The notes under the pieces are model-generated. The model saw nothing but the letters and a program-made list of their open reading frames with translations. It was not told the origin of the DNA and made no database searches. Positions 29,620 through 40,727 of a stretch of 64,000 bases of DNA are shown one piece after another. The position numbers were made by a program, and so were the translations under genes. Source of the stretch: a virus. Each line of letters opens with the position of its first letter. Position 1 is the first letter of the stretch. The DNA is taken from the IMG/VR virus record IMGVR_UViG_3300020469_000010; one strand, 5' to 3'.

Positions 29620-31827
29620 ATGGCGACTCCTCAATTATCTCCTGGAGTATTAATCCGAGAGGTTGATTTAACAGTTGGAAGAGCTGAGAATGTTTTAGAT
29701 AATGTTGGAGCGATTGCAGCACCCTTTCAGATTGGACCCATCGATTTCCCAATTGATGTTTCCAATGAGCAAGAATTACTAGAGTTTTTTGGAAAACCAA
29801 TCTCTACAGACAATCACTACGAATATTGGCTAACCGCATCATCCTTCCTATCATATGGAGGAGTTCTTAAAGTTGTAAGAACTGACGGTTCAAACTTAGT
29901 CAATGCAAACTCAAAAGTTACTAATGCAAGCACAAGAGCAACTGGTGTTGCAGATGCTAGTTTGAAGATTAAAAACCTTGATGATTACAACTTGAATCAT
30001 GCAGAATCTGCTGCAAGTTATGTTTTTGGTGCCAAAACACCTGGAAAATGGGCAAACAACCTAAAAGTTTGCTTTATCGATAGTAAAGCAGATCAGATAA
30101 TTACTCTTCCTGCAGGAGCAATGTCTGACGTTGCAGTTGGATACGGTGTATCTTACGGATTCAACGGAGAAGTACTTACATCTGCTGGTAGTACCGAAGC
30201 ACTAGGAAATGGAGCATTCCTAAAAGGTATTATTACCGAAAAAGACACAAATAACAACACAATTTCAGTCAAAGTTGTTTCCCGAGTTTCTTCAGCAGGA
30301 ACTGTAACAGCAATTGATTATGCAGAAAGATCTGATGTTGCATCTTTCACTGCTGGAACTAGTGTTAATGTTCTAAACAATTCTGGTGCTGCAACAACTA
30401 CGGTTGGTCTCGGTACAGTAAAAGATTGGTATGATGAACAAAAAATTGACCTTACCAACCAAGATTTATTCTGGAAGCAAATTGCACCTAAACCAGGAAC
30501 TTCTGTATATGCAGATGACAGATCTGGTAGAAATGATGAGATGCACATCGTCGTTATCGATGACTTTGGATCTTTAACTGGTATTAAAGGTAATGTTATC
30601 GAGAAGCATTTAGGTCTTTCAAAGGCAGAGGATGCAATCTCTAATATCAATTCTCCTCAGAAAATCTACTACAAAGATTATCTCGCACTATTCTCCGAGT
30701 ATGTCTATGCAGGAGACAACCCTTCTGATAATGAAACTCTTGAAGAAGTAGCACAAACTGGATTTGCTGATAATGGTGTTGCCACATCCTTTACTGGAAT
30801 TAGCACTGGTGATGGTCTTTGGAGTCAAAATGCACAGGATGTCACATTCGCATCAATTGGCAACTATGTCTACTCACTAGCTGGTGGTAAAGATTACTCG
30901 GATACTTCTGGATCTATGAAGGCATCACTTGCTGACATAGCAACTTCTTACAGAGTAATTAGAAATGAAGATGAACATGCAGTTGATTACCTCTTAATGG
31001 GTCCTGGTTGTGACAGCAAGGCAGAATCTCAAGCAAAAGCACAAGCATTAATTGCAATTGCTGAAGAAAGAAAAGACTGTATTGCGGTAATTTCACCACA
31101 TCGTGCAGATGTTATTGATGTTGCTGGAGGAAGTAATGCTCAAACTAACAACATTATTGAATTCTTCTCTCCACTAAGTTCCTCTTCTTATGCAATATTT
31201 GATAGTGGATACAAGTACATGTATGACAGGTTCAATAACAAGTTCCGTTATGTGCCTACAAATGGTGATGTTGCTGGTCTCTGTGTAAGAACTAGTATTC
31301 AATCATTCCCTTGGTTCTCTCCTGCTGGTCAGCAGAGAGGTGTTATAAACAATGCTATCAAACTAGCATATAACCCATCCAAAGCAGAAAGAGACAAACT
31401 TTATCCTAACAGAATTAACCCAATTACCAATACTCCTGGAACTGGAATTATCCTATTCGGTGACAAGACTGCTCTCGGTTATGCTTCCGCATTCGACAGA
31501 ATTAATGTTCGTCGTCTATTCCTCACAATTGAGCAAGCACTTAAGAGTGCTGCTGATGCACAACTCTTTGAACTCAATGATGAGATCACAAGAGCAAACT
31601 TCATCAACATTGTGGAACCTTTCCTCCGTGATGTTCAAGCAAAGAGAGGTCTCTTCGGATTCCTGGTTATTTGTGATGAAACAAATAACACTCCAGATAT
31701 TATTGATAACAATGAGTTTAGAGCAGACATCTTCCTGAAGCCTGCCAAGTCTATCAACTATGTAACTCTCACCTTTGTTGCCACGAGAACTGGCATCAGC
31801 TTCGATGAAGTTGCTGGTAGAGTTTGA
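29620..31827 (+). CDS. gp18: Tail sheath protein gp18
   Basis: SPGVLIREVDLT, PWFSPAG, FDRINVRRLF, FELNDEITR. Confidence 0.97.
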   Translation: MATPQLSPGVLIREVDLTVGRAENVLDNVGAIAAPFQIGPIDFPIDVSNEQELLEFFGKPISTDNHYEYWLTASSFLSYGGVLKVVRTDGSNLVNANSKVTNASTRATGVADASLKIKNLDDYNLNHAESAASYVFGAKTPGKWANNLKVCFIDSKADQIITLPAGAMSDVAVGYGVSYGFNGEVLTSAGSTEALGNGAFLKGIITEKDTNNNTISVKVVSRVSSAGTVTAIDYAERSDVASFTAGTSVNVLNNSGAATTTVGLGTVKDWYDEQKIDLTNQDLFWKQIAPKPGTSVYADDRSGRNDEMHIVVIDDFGSLTGIKGNVIEKHLGLSKAEDAISNINSPQKIYYKDYLALFSEYVYAGDNPSDNETLEEVAQTGFADNGVATSFTGISTGDGLWSQNAQDVTFASIGNYVYSLAGGKDYSDTSGSMKASLADIATSYRVIRNEDEHAVDYLLMGPGCDSKAESQAKAQALIAIAEERKDCIAVISPHRADVIDVAGGSNAQTNNIIEFFSPLSSSSYAIFDSGYKYMYDRFNNKFRYVPTNGDVAGLCVRTSIQSFPWFSPAGQQRGVINNAIKLAYNPSKAERDKLYPNRINPITNTPGTGIILFGDKTALGYASAFDRINVRRLFLTIEQALKSAADAQLFELNDEITRANFINIVEPFLRDVQAKRGLFGFLVICDETNNTPDIIDNNEFRADIFLKPAKSINYVTLTFVATRTGISFDEVAGRV

Positions 31828-31863
31828 TAATACAATAAATTAAACTAAGGGAGTAAAACCAAA

Positions 31864-32514
31864 ATGGCAAACAACAATCCTTCACTTAAGAACTTATCAG
31901 CATTCAAGACAAGACTTGCTGGTGGTGGAGCTAGACCCAATCTCTTTGAGGTTGCAATTGATAAGTTTCCGGCAGAGGTCCAATCTTATTGGTTATCTGA
32001 CCAGAAGATAGACTTTCGATTTATGTGCAAGGCAGCACAGCTACCAGCATCTAATATTGCTTCAGTAGAAATTCCCTTCAGAGGTAGAACTCTGAAGGTT
32101 GCTGGAGATAGAACATTCGATACCTGGACAGTAACTGTTATCAACGATGAAGATTTTGCTCTAAGACATGCTTTCGAAGCATGGATGAACTTACTATCCA
32201 AACTTGATAACGCAACTGGTGCTGTTAACCCAGCTTCTTACATGGTTGACGCAAATGTCTTCCAACTTGGAAGAAGTAACAGGTTAGAAGGAACACAAGT
32301 CCGTGAAAATGTCAAGGCTCAAGGTCAAGGTTTCGGTGCTTCCGGAAGTGGAGACACTACAGTTCTAAGATCATATAAGTTTGTTGACATTTGGCCTTCT
32401 AATGTTTCTGCTATTGATGTCTCTTATGACACAACAGATGCAATTGAAGAGTTCACTGTTGAATTCCAGGTTCAATACTTTGAAATGAACGACGGTCCTG
32501 GAAACCTCCGTTAA
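31864..32514 (+). CDS. gp19: Tail tube protein gp19
   Basis: GGARPNLFEV, FRGRTLKVAGDRTFDTW, IEEFTVEFQ. Confidence 0.97.
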   Translation: MANNNPSLKNLSAFKTRLAGGGARPNLFEVAIDKFPAEVQSYWLSDQKIDFRFMCKAAQLPASNIASVEIPFRGRTLKVAGDRTFDTWTVTVINDEDFALRHAFEAWMNLLSKLDNATGAVNPASYMVDANVFQLGRSNRLEGTQVRENVKAQGQGFGASGSGDTTVLRSYKFVDIWPSNVSAIDVSYDTTDAIEEFTVEFQVQYFEMNDGPGNLR

Positions 32515-32548
32515 ACTAAGATAAATAAGTAAAACGGATAATTAAATT

Positions 32549-34222
32549 ATGGCAAGACTCTTTGGATTTTCAATTGAAGATTCAGATCCAAAGTCATCCT
32601 CGATAGTCAGCCCTGTTCCTCCTAATAATGAGGACGGGGTTGATCATTATTTGAGTACGGGATTTTTTGGTTCTTATGTAGATATTGAAGGAGTATATAA
32701 AACAGAATCTGATCTTTTAAGAAGATACAGAGAAATGTCACTTCATCCAGAAGTAGACAGTGCTATAGAAGATATCGTCAATGAAGCAATAGTTTCAGAT
32801 TCTGATGATTCTCCCATTAAGATAGAATTATCAAATTTGAATGCCAGTGATGGTATTAAAAGAAAAATTAGACAAGAATTTAAAACAATTTTAGATCTCC
32901 TTGATTTCGATAAAAAATGTCATGAGATCTATAGAAACTGGTATATTGATGGTAAACTATATTACCATAAAGTTATAGATTTAAAGAAACCTGAAGAGGG
33001 TATTCAAGAATTGCGATATATTGACGCAATGAAAATGCGTTATGTTCGTAAAACTAAAAAAGATAATAGTAATATAGGTGTAATAGTAAGGAAAAACACA
33101 GAAGATCCAATGGATTATGTGTTTCCTGAAGTAGAAGAATACTTCATGTATACACCAAAATTAAATTATCCCAATACTGCATCTGGTGGAATGAATGATG
33201 CTAAAGGTGTAAAGATTACAAAAGATGCTATTTCATATTGCACTTCTGGACTAGTAGATAGAAATAAAGGAACTACATTATCTTATTTGCATAAGGCAAT
33301 TAAGTCACTCAATCAACTTAGAATGATTGAAGATTCATTAGTTATCTACAGATTATCAAGAGCACCAGAAAGAAGAATCTTCTATATTGATGTTGGTAAT
33401 CTACCTAAGCAGAAGGCAGAACAATATTTGCGTGATGTTATGAGTAGATATCGTAACAAATTAGTATACGATGCGAACACTGGTGAGATTCGTGATGATA
33501 AAAAATACATGAGTATGCTAGAAGATTTCTGGTTGCCTCGTCGTGAAGGTGGTCGTGGTACAGAAATCACGACACTTCCTGGTGGTCAAAATCTAGGAGA
33601 AATCACTGATATTGATTATTTTAAAAAGAAATTATATAAGTCACTTAATGTTCCACCATCAAGAATGGACGGTGATAGTGGTTTTAATCTTGGTCGTTCT
33701 TCTGAAATTCTCAGAGATGAGCTTAAATTCACCAAGTTTGTTGGACGTTTGAGAAAGAGATTCTCAAATATGTTCAATGATATGCTCAAGACTCAACTTA
33801 TTCTTAAGAATATTGTTACTCCTGAAGATTGGGAGTCTATGAGTGAGCATATTCAATATGATTTCTTATACGATAATCACTTCTCAGAACTAAAAGAATC
33901 TGAGTTGATGACGGAAAGACTTAATATGGTTGCAACTGCGGAACCATATGTCGGTAAGTATTATTCTCAGGATTATCTAAGAAGAAAAATCCTTCGTCAA
34001 AGTGATGAGGAAATTATCGAACAAGATAAACTCATTGAAAAAGAAATCAAAGCAGGAATTATACCAGATCCTGCATCAATTGATCCACAAACAGGAATGC
34101 CACTTGCACCTAATGGTAATGATTTAGGAGATCCAATCATGGAACCCGATATGGAATCTGACGCTGCATCTGCAGAACCACCTGAAATTAATACTAAAGA
34201 TATTAATAGTGGAGAAATTTGA
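32549..34222 (+). CDS. gp20: Portal vertex protein gp20
   Basis: RAPERRIFYIDVGNLPK, EDFWLPRREGGRGTEITTLPGG. Confidence 0.98.
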   Translation: MARLFGFSIEDSDPKSSSIVSPVPPNNEDGVDHYLSTGFFGSYVDIEGVYKTESDLLRRYREMSLHPEVDSAIEDIVNEAIVSDSDDSPIKIELSNLNASDGIKRKIRQEFKTILDLLDFDKKCHEIYRNWYIDGKLYYHKVIDLKKPEEGIQELRYIDAMKMRYVRKTKKDNSNIGVIVRKNTEDPMDYVFPEVEEYFMYTPKLNYPNTASGGMNDAKGVKITKDAISYCTSGLVDRNKGTTLSYLHKAIKSLNQLRMIEDSLVIYRLSRAPERRIFYIDVGNLPKQKAEQYLRDVMSRYRNKLVYDANTGEIRDDKKYMSMLEDFWLPRREGGRGTEITTLPGGQNLGEITDIDYFKKKLYKSLNVPPSRMDGDSGFNLGRSSEILRDELKFTKFVGRLRKRFSNMFNDMLKTQLILKNIVTPEDWESMSEHIQYDFLYDNHFSELKESELMTERLNMVATAEPYVGKYYSQDYLRRKILRQSDEEIIEQDKLIEKEIKAGIIPDPASIDPQTGMPLAPNGNDLGDPIMEPDMESDAASAEPPEINTKDINSGEI

Positions 34223-34252
34223 TAAATATCAGTACAAACACTCATTTTTAAC

Positions 34253-34423
34253 ATGGACAATTTATTAGACTTGATCATGAAGGATGAATCTCCTTCACAA
34301 ATTAGTGATAAGATTAAAGATGTTCTTTTCACAAAAAGTGCAGACAAAATTGAAAACTTGAAACCATCTATTAGCAACTCTGTTTTTGATGAAACAGAGC
34401 CTGAGGAAGAAGAGGAAGTATAA
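34253..34423 (+). CDS. 56-aa acidic protein, gp67-like prohead core by position (not in the ORF track)
   Basis: Hand translation: MDNLLDLIMKDESPSQISDKIKDVLFTKSADKIENLKPSISNSVFDETEPEEEEEV. Follows a late promoter; lies between gp20 and gp21. Confidence 0.65.
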   Translation: MDNLLDLIMKDESPSQISDKIKDVLFTKSADKIENLKPSISNSVFDETEPEEEEEV

Positions 34424-34449
34424 ATAACTTATAAAAGCACTTTTGTACT

Positions 34450-34719
34450 ATGGCTAGAACATTATTATTGGGAGCTGAAATAGCTTTACCAACTACCACA
34501 GGTACTGCTACTAGTTTTTCTCAAGCAACTGCAGTTAGACTTGTAAATGATTCTTCTACAGCACGTTTGGTTACTGTAGTAGAAACTCAAAGTGGAGATG
34601 TTGTTGGTTCAATGACTCTTCCAGGTAATTCTGTTGAAATTATTGAAAAACAATATACGCATTGCGTATTTGCTGCAAACGCAGCAGTCAAAGGTGCAAA
34701 AGTAGGATTTACTGCATAA
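34450..34719 (+). CDS. Small hypothetical virion protein
   Basis: Beta-rich 89 aa, downstream of TATAAATA, between portal and protease. Confidence 0.6.
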   Translation: MARTLLLGAEIALPTTTGTATSFSQATAVRLVNDSSTARLVTVVETQSGDVVGSMTLPGNSVEIIEKQYTHCVFAANAAVKGAKVGFTA

Positions 34720-34721
34720 CC

Positions 34722-35372
34722 ATGAAACTAATCAGAGAAGAAATCGAAAAGGTAGAAGTTATTACCGAAACAAGAAACGGTAAGAAAACTCTTTATATTA
34801 AAGGACCTTTTCTCCAAACCGAGCAACAAAACCGTAACGGTAGAGTATATCGTCTCAATGTAATGGAACGTGAGGTAAAACGATATAATGATGAGCATAT
34901 TTCAAAAGGTCGTGCTTTAGGTGAACTCGGTCATCCGGATGGTCCAACCATTAATCTTGATCGTGTTTCTCATAAAATTGTTTCTCTTGAGCAAAATGGA
35001 AATGACTTTATTGGTAAAGCACAAATTTTATCCACACCAATGGGTAAAATTGCTGAGTCTCTTTTAAAAGAAGGTGTATGTCTCGGTGTTTCTTCTAGGG
35101 GTATAGGTTCTTTACGTCCTACAAAAGAAGGTTATCAAGAAGTTGGTGAAGATTTTATGTTAGCAACTGCGGCAGATATTGTTGCAGATCCATCTGCACC
35201 TGATGCATTTGTACAGGGAATTATGGAAGGAAAAGAGTGGATTTGGGAAGGAGGAATTCTTCGTGAACAATCTGCAGAGAAAATGGTAAAGAAAATTAAT
35301 ATTTTAGTAGATCAAAAGAAACTTGATGAGTATAAACTCAACCTATTTGATGAATTTCTTTCAAATCTTTAA
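34722..35372 (+). CDS. gp21: Prohead protease gp21
   Basis: MKLIREE start, NRNGRVY, ALGELGHP, GVSSRGIGS, DIVADPSAPDA. Confidence 0.96.
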   Translation: MKLIREEIEKVEVITETRNGKKTLYIKGPFLQTEQQNRNGRVYRLNVMEREVKRYNDEHISKGRALGELGHPDGPTINLDRVSHKIVSLEQNGNDFIGKAQILSTPMGKIAESLLKEGVCLGVSSRGIGSLRPTKEGYQEVGEDFMLATAADIVADPSAPDAFVQGIMEGKEWIWEGGILREQSAEKMVKKINILVDQKKLDEYKLNLFDEFLSNL

Positions 35373-35419
35373 TTTAATAAATAAATATAGTTTTAAAAAA
35401 CGGAAATCGGAGAGTTCAA

Positions 35420-36553
35420 ATGTCCCGTGATACTCAATTACAAGAAATGGAAGCAGGCACTAAGCAATCCAAAACTGCTGTAAATGCTGGAGCAAAAGCA
35501 GCAGACCCAATGCCAACAATGTCTGATCCAGGAACCCAACTTGGTTCGGTTGAAGATCTGGGTGGCCCAACACCAGATAATTATAGACCTGATGATGAAT
35601 CAGCAAAACTTAAAGAACCTGGTGCATCTTTAAAACAAGTCAAAGATGTTGTTAATAAAAGTGCTAAGCCTGCAGATGCAATGCCAAAAGGCATGAAGGA
35701 AGAAGAAGAAGTCACTGATGAAGTGGTTTCTGAAGAGGAGACTTCTGAAGAAGAAGTTGAAGTCGTATCCGAAGAAGAAACTTCTGAAGAAGAGACTGAA
35801 GTTGTTGCAGAGGAAGAATCTGTAGAAGAGTATGACATCGAAGAAGATGTTAATGCATTGATGGGAGAAGAAGAACTCTCTGAAGAGTTTAAAGAAAAAG
35901 CAAAAACTATCTTTGAAACTGCAATCAATTCTAAGGTTGCATCAATCAAAGAAGAGTTGGAGAAGCAATATGCAGAAACATATGCTGAAGAAATTTCTGA
36001 AGCAAAAGTAGAACTTGCAGAACGTGCAGATTCTTATCTAGAGTATGTTGCTGATGAGTGGTTCAATGAGAATCAACTCGTTATTGAAAATGCACTTAAG
36101 ACTGAAATGTCTGAATCCTTCATGAAAGGTATGAAGGAACTTTTTGAAGCACATTATGTAACTATCCCTGAAGAAAAATACAATGTACTAGATAGCATGG
36201 TAGAAAAACTTGATGAAATGGAGACTAAACTCAACGAGCAAATTGAGAAGAATGTTTCCCTAAACTCCCGTCTCGCAGAGGCTGTAGCAGAGGGTATTCT
36301 TGATCAAGTTTCTGATGGTCTTGCAGACACACAGAAGGAAAAGCTCGCTTCACTTGCTGAAAGTGTAGAGTTTGAAAGTGAAGCAAAATATCGTGAAAAG
36401 TTGGAAATGCTAAGAGAATCATACTTCTCTTCTAAGTCATCTTCAGCAGCAAAAACTGAGACACTATCTGAAGGTGGAGATGTTGCTCCAGCAGAAGTTA
36501 CTGGATCTATGGCAGCATACCTGAAGACACTCTCTTCATTTGCTAAAAACTGA
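35420..36553 (+). CDS. gp22: Prohead core scaffold gp22
   Basis: Very acidic; LSEEFKEKAKTIFE, YLEYVADEW; lies between gp21 and gp23. Confidence 0.93.
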   Translation: MSRDTQLQEMEAGTKQSKTAVNAGAKAADPMPTMSDPGTQLGSVEDLGGPTPDNYRPDDESAKLKEPGASLKQVKDVVNKSAKPADAMPKGMKEEEEVTDEVVSEEETSEEEVEVVSEEETSEEETEVVAEEESVEEYDIEEDVNALMGEEELSEEFKEKAKTIFETAINSKVASIKEELEKQYAETYAEEISEAKVELAERADSYLEYVADEWFNENQLVIENALKTEMSESFMKGMKELFEAHYVTIPEEKYNVLDSMVEKLDEMETKLNEQIEKNVSLNSRLAEAVAEGILDQVSDGLADTQKEKLASLAESVEFESEAKYREKLEMLRESYFSSKSSSAAKTETLSEGGDVAPAEVTGSMAAYLKTLSSFAKN

Positions 36554-36599
36554 ATTTAATATTACTCAAACAAAACAAACACTTTATAGGTAAACCGCA

Positions 36600-37994
36600 A
36601 TGTTCAATTCCGAGCAGTTGCAGGAGAAGTGGGCACCCGTTCTCGATCATCAGGGTCTTGATAACATTCAAGATTCCCATAAGAGAGCAGTTACCGCAGT
36701 CCTGCTAGAAAACCAAGAAAAATTCCTTAGAGAGCAGAATTCCTTTAACAATTCTGGTTCTTTCCTCGCAGAAGCACCTGCCAACGCAGTTGGTAATGGT
36801 GGATTCACCGGAGGTGGTGTCCAAGGAAGCACCGGAGGTTTCGACCCTGTTCTGATTTCTCTAATCAGACGCTCAATGCCCAACTTGGTCGCATATGACC
36901 TCGCAGGTGTTCAGCCAATGAGTGGTCCTACTGGACTCATCTTCGCAATGCGTTCCCGTTATACAAACCAGACTGGAACCGAAGCACTCTTCAACGAAGC
37001 AGATACCGCATTCTCCGGACAAGATTCTGGATTCGACAACGCTAACGGATTTAGTGATGTTGCTTCCGGTATGGGTACTACCGCACAATCTGGTAGCAAT
37101 CCCGGTGTTCTTAACCCAACTGCAAGTGCTGATAAACTAGCATACAATGTTGGTCAAGGTCTAAGAACCGATGATGCAGAAGCACTAGGTGATTCTGATC
37201 ATTTCAACCAGATGGCATTCTCAATCGAGAAAGTCACTGTAACCGCTAAGTCCAGAGCACTCAAAGCTGAGTACTCCTTGGAACTTGCACAAGACATCAA
37301 GGCAATCCACGGTCTCAATGCTGAGGCTGAACTCGCAAACATTCTCTCCACAGAGATTCTTGCTGAGATCAACCGTGAAGTCATCAGAACCATCTACAAG
37401 GTTGCTGAGCAAGGTGCTACCGTCAACACCGCAACTGCTGGTGAATTTGACCTAGACATCGACTCCAACGGTCGTTGGTCTGTTGAGAAGTTCAAGGGTC
37501 TTCTGTTCCAAATCGAAAGAGATGCGAACCAGATTGCACAAAGAACTCGTAGAGGAAAGGGTAACATCATCATGTGCTCCGCAGACGTTGCTTCTGCTCT
37601 AGCCATGGCTGGTGTTCTAGACTACACCCCAGCACTCAACGCAAACCTCAATGTCGATGACACTGGCAACACCTTTGCTGGTACTCTACTCGGTAAGTTC
37701 CGTGTATACATCGATCCATATTCTGCAAACAATGCTGCTAACCAGTATTATGTTGCAGGTTATAAGGGTACTTCACCTTATGACGCAGGACTCTTCTATT
37801 GTCCTTATGTTCCTCTCCAAATGGTTCGTGCCGTTGGTGAGAACACCTTCCAGCCCAAGATTGGCTTCAAGACTCGTTACGGTCTAGTTGCTAACCCATT
37901 TGCTGAAGGTGATGCAGGTAATCAGGGTCTTGGTAGACTCCAGGTTAACGCAAACCGTTACTACAGACGAGTAACAGTCAAGAACCTCATGTGA
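36600..37994 (+). CDS. gp23: Major capsid protein gp23
   Basis: GVQPMSGPTGLIFAMR, SRALKAEYS.ELAQD, FQPKIGFKTRYG. Confidence 0.99.
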   Translation: MFNSEQLQEKWAPVLDHQGLDNIQDSHKRAVTAVLLENQEKFLREQNSFNNSGSFLAEAPANAVGNGGFTGGGVQGSTGGFDPVLISLIRRSMPNLVAYDLAGVQPMSGPTGLIFAMRSRYTNQTGTEALFNEADTAFSGQDSGFDNANGFSDVASGMGTTAQSGSNPGVLNPTASADKLAYNVGQGLRTDDAEALGDSDHFNQMAFSIEKVTVTAKSRALKAEYSLELAQDIKAIHGLNAEAELANILSTEILAEINREVIRTIYKVAEQGATVNTATAGEFDLDIDSNGRWSVEKFKGLLFQIERDANQIAQRTRRGKGNIIMCSADVASALAMAGVLDYTPALNANLNVDDTGNTFAGTLLGKFRVYIDPYSANNAANQYYVAGYKGTSPYDAGLFYCPYVPLQMVRAVGENTFQPKIGFKTRYGLVANPFAEGDAGNQGLGRLQVNANRYYRRVTVKNLM

Positions 37995-38014
37995 TCTTTT
38001 CACAAAGTTTTTAC

Positions 38015-38040
38015 AGGACCTCTTTGGAGGTCCTTTTTTT
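38015..38040 (+). terminator. Rho-independent terminator after gp23
   Basis: AGGACCTC-TTTG-GAGGTCCT stem followed by a T run. Confidence 0.9.
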
Positions 38041-38069
38041 ATGCATATACATACTAGAGCAGAAAAATA

Positions 38070-38243
38070 ATGATGCTAAAAACACCTAGAGATATTGTTA
38101 ATGATAGACTTTCATGGTCCAGTGATGACGCAATGAAAAATCATTGTGTGTTTATTTTAGAAGAATATTTAAAAGAAGAACCAGCATTAACTGAGAAAGA
38201 ATTGGAACATTCACTTAAAAATTACTTAATGGGACTGGAATAA
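38070..38243 (+). CDS. 57-aa hypothetical protein (not in the ORF track)
   Basis: Hand translation: MMLKTPRDIVNDRLSWSSDDAMKNHCVFILEEYLKEEPALTEKELEHSLKNYLMGLE. Fills the gp23-gp3 gap. Confidence 0.55.
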   Translation: MMLKTPRDIVNDRLSWSSDDAMKNHCVFILEEYLKEEPALTEKELEHSLKNYLMGLE

Positions 38244-38267
38244 ATAGATTATCTCTAGTCTTTAAAA

Positions 38268-38837
38268 ATGTCTAATGCTTACAAAAGGCAAATACAAAAC
38301 AGGAATTTTTTATCTCCGGTAGGATTTAAATTTAATCTAACCCGAGCTCCAAAAGTTTCTTTTTTCACAAATTCGGTGAATCTGCCTGGAGTAGATCTTG
38401 GTGTTGCTGTGCAACCATCATACACAAGGATGATACCAGTTCCTGGTGATATGATGTCTTTTAATGATTTTAGTTTAAGATTTTTAGTAGATGAAAATTT
38501 AGAAAACTACCTAGAGATTCAAAACTGGATTAGAGGATTAGGATTTCCAGATTCTCTTCAGCAAATTTATGATTTGCAAAAAGAATATACACTAACAGGA
38601 AAATCTTTTAGTCCTGGTCAAGAAATGAATTTGTATTCTGATGGGTCATTACAAATTCTAACCAGTAATGAGAATGTTCAGTATATTGTCAAATTTAGAG
38701 ATATGTTCCCAATATCTCTATCAGATATTGAATTTGATGCAACAGATACTGATATTCAATATTTTACATGTACAGCAACTTTCAAGTATAGTATATACGA
38801 TATAACAGACTCATTTAACGCACAAGAAACAGTATGA
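38268..38837 (+). CDS. gp3: Tail completion / tube terminator gp3
   Basis: NFLSPVGFKF, FLVDENLENY.EI.NW, FP.SLS.IEFD, ATFKY. Confidence 0.88.
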   Translation: MSNAYKRQIQNRNFLSPVGFKFNLTRAPKVSFFTNSVNLPGVDLGVAVQPSYTRMIPVPGDMMSFNDFSLRFLVDENLENYLEIQNWIRGLGFPDSLQQIYDLQKEYTLTGKSFSPGQEMNLYSDGSLQILTSNENVQYIVKFRDMFPISLSDIEFDATDTDIQYFTCTATFKYSIYDITDSFNAQETV

Positions 38838-39271
38838 CATTTGACATTGAAATGATTAAGTCAATGTGGGAAAAAGACTCTCATATTGATATTGATAATT
38901 TGCATGAAGAATCACTCAAAGTTCCTATTCTACATGCGAAATATTATGACATTTACAATAATTTAGTTCTATTAAAAACAAAAGCAGAGCAACAAAGGAA
39001 GAATATTCGACACGAACGGTATGAATATTATTCTGGAAAAGCAGATCCAGATGTATATGTAAAAAATCCTTTCCCTAAAAAAGTAAGAGACAAGGATGCA
39101 ATGCAAAAATATCTTGATGCTGATGAAAAACTTTCAACAGTCTCTATGAAAATTGAATATTATCAAGTTATGATTAACTACATCGATAGCATTCTCAAGC
39201 AAGTTTCTAATAGAACTTATCAAATAAAAAATTCTATAGAGTTCTTGAGATTTCAATCTGGATATGGCTGA
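38834..39271 (+). CDS. uvsY: Recombination mediator UvsY
   Basis: LHAKY, YYSGKADP.VY, R.YQIKN.IEF.RF. Confidence 0.9.
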   Translation: MTFDIEMIKSMWEKDSHIDIDNLHEESLKVPILHAKYYDIYNNLVLLKTKAEQQRKNIRHERYEYYSGKADPDVYVKNPFPKKVRDKDAMQKYLDADEKLSTVSMKIEYYQVMINYIDSILKQVSNRTYQIKNSIEFLRFQSGYG

Positions 39272-40727
39272 TTTAATAGTAGAAAAATGCAATGAAGTAT
39301 ATTTAAAAATTACTACAGAACCCCACATAGAATATGAACTAAGAGATCATTTTAGATTTGAGGTTCCCGGTGCAAAATTTATGCCCCAGTATCGTAAAAG
39401 AAATTGGAATGGTGAAATTCATTTATTTGATATGAGATCTAAAAGACTGTACATAGGTCTCTTACATCGACTTGTAGAATTTTGCAGTAATTATGATTAC
39501 TCATACGAATTTGTAACAAACAAATACTATGGAAAACCTTTTGAGATTAATAAAGAAATTAGTCTAGAAGGAGTTAAAGATTATCTATCATCAATAACTT
39601 CTCTTACACCACGACATTATCAGATTGAAGCAGTTCATGACGCATTAAAATATAACAGAAAGATTCTGTTAAGTCCCACTGCGTCAGGAAAAAGTCTGAT
39701 GATTTACGCTGTCGTGCGATATCATATGGATAAGAATAGAAAAATTCTGATAGTTGTTCCGACGACCAGTCTAGTAGATCAGTTAGTCTCTGACTTTCGA
39801 GATTATGGTTGGAATTCAGATTCATATTGTCATAAAATATATGCAGGACGAGAAAAGGAAACTGATCTTCCTGTAACCGTAACTACATGGCAGTCTATTT
39901 ATAAATTAGAACGCAGTTATTTTGAAGATTTTGATGTTGTTATTGGTGATGAAGCGCACTTATTTAAGAGTAAGTCTCTCATTACAATCATGACACATCT
40001 TCATCATACCAAGTATCGATATGGTTTTACAGGAACACTAGATGGAACTCAAACTCATAAATGGGTTTTGGAAGGATTATTTGGACCATGCTACAGAGTA
40101 ACACGAACAAGTGAACTTATGCAAAAAGGTCATGTTTCCGATTTAGATATTAGATGTCTTATATTAAACCACAATCCCAAAAAATTTGAAACTTATGAAG
40201 ATGAGATACAATATCTGATTACTCATGAAAAGAGAAATAAATTTATTGTTAACTTAGCAAATGGCTTGAATGGAAATACACTTATTCTTTATAGTCGGGT
40301 TGCCACACATGGTGAGCCACTTTTTAATGAAATAAATAGCAAGGTAGGTGAAAGTCGAAAAGTCTTTTTCGTACATGGTGGAGTAAATACTGATGAGAGG
40401 GAAGATGTAAGGAGAATTACTGAGAATGAAACTAACGCAATTATCGTAGCTTCATATGGAACCTTCTCCACAGGAATTAACATTAGAAATCTTCATAATG
40501 TTATTTTTGCTAGTCCGTCTAAATCAAGAATCCGTAATCTACAATCAATAGGTAGAGTCCTGAGAAAAGGAAACAACAAAACAAAAGCAATACTATATGA
40601 TATTTCTGATGATTGTACAATCAGAGGAACAAAAAATTACACTTTAAATCATTTAATTGAAAGAATAAAAATTTATAATCAAGAAGACTTTAATTATGAA
40701 ATTATCAATATCGATATTAAAGAATAA
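39264..40727 (+). CDS. uvsW: SF2 helicase UvsW
   Basis: SPTASGKS, DEAH, FSTGINI, LQSIGRVLR. Confidence 0.95.
   Translation: MADLIVEKCNEVYLKITTEPHIEYELRDHFRFEVPGAKFMPQYRKRNWNGEIHLFDMRSKRLYIGLLHRLVEFCSNYDYSYEFVTNKYYGKPFEINKEISLEGVKDYLSSITSLTPRHYQIEAVHDALKYNRKILLSPTASGKSLMIYAVVRYHMDKNRKILIVVPTTSLVDQLVSDFRDYGWNSDSYCHKIYAGREKETDLPVTVTTWQSIYKLERSYFEDFDVVIGDEAHLFKSKSLITIMTHLHHTKYRYGFTGTLDGTQTHKWVLEGLFGPCYRVTRTSELMQKGHVSDLDIRCLILNHNPKKFETYEDEIQYLITHEKRNKFIVNLANGLNGNTLILYSRVATHGEPLFNEINSKVGESRKVFFVHGGVNTDEREDVRRITENETNAIIVASYGTFSTGINIRNLHNVIFASPSKSRIRNLQSIGRVLRKGNNKTKAILYDISDDCTIRGTKNYTLNHLIERIKIYNQEDFNYEIINIDIKE

Noticed and set aside
35695-35830. Glu-rich repeats in gp22
   Set aside because: Ordinary low-complexity scaffold region.
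38070-38243. NblA-like phycobilisome degradation protein
   Set aside because: The size fits but the LSLEQ.F motif is absent.
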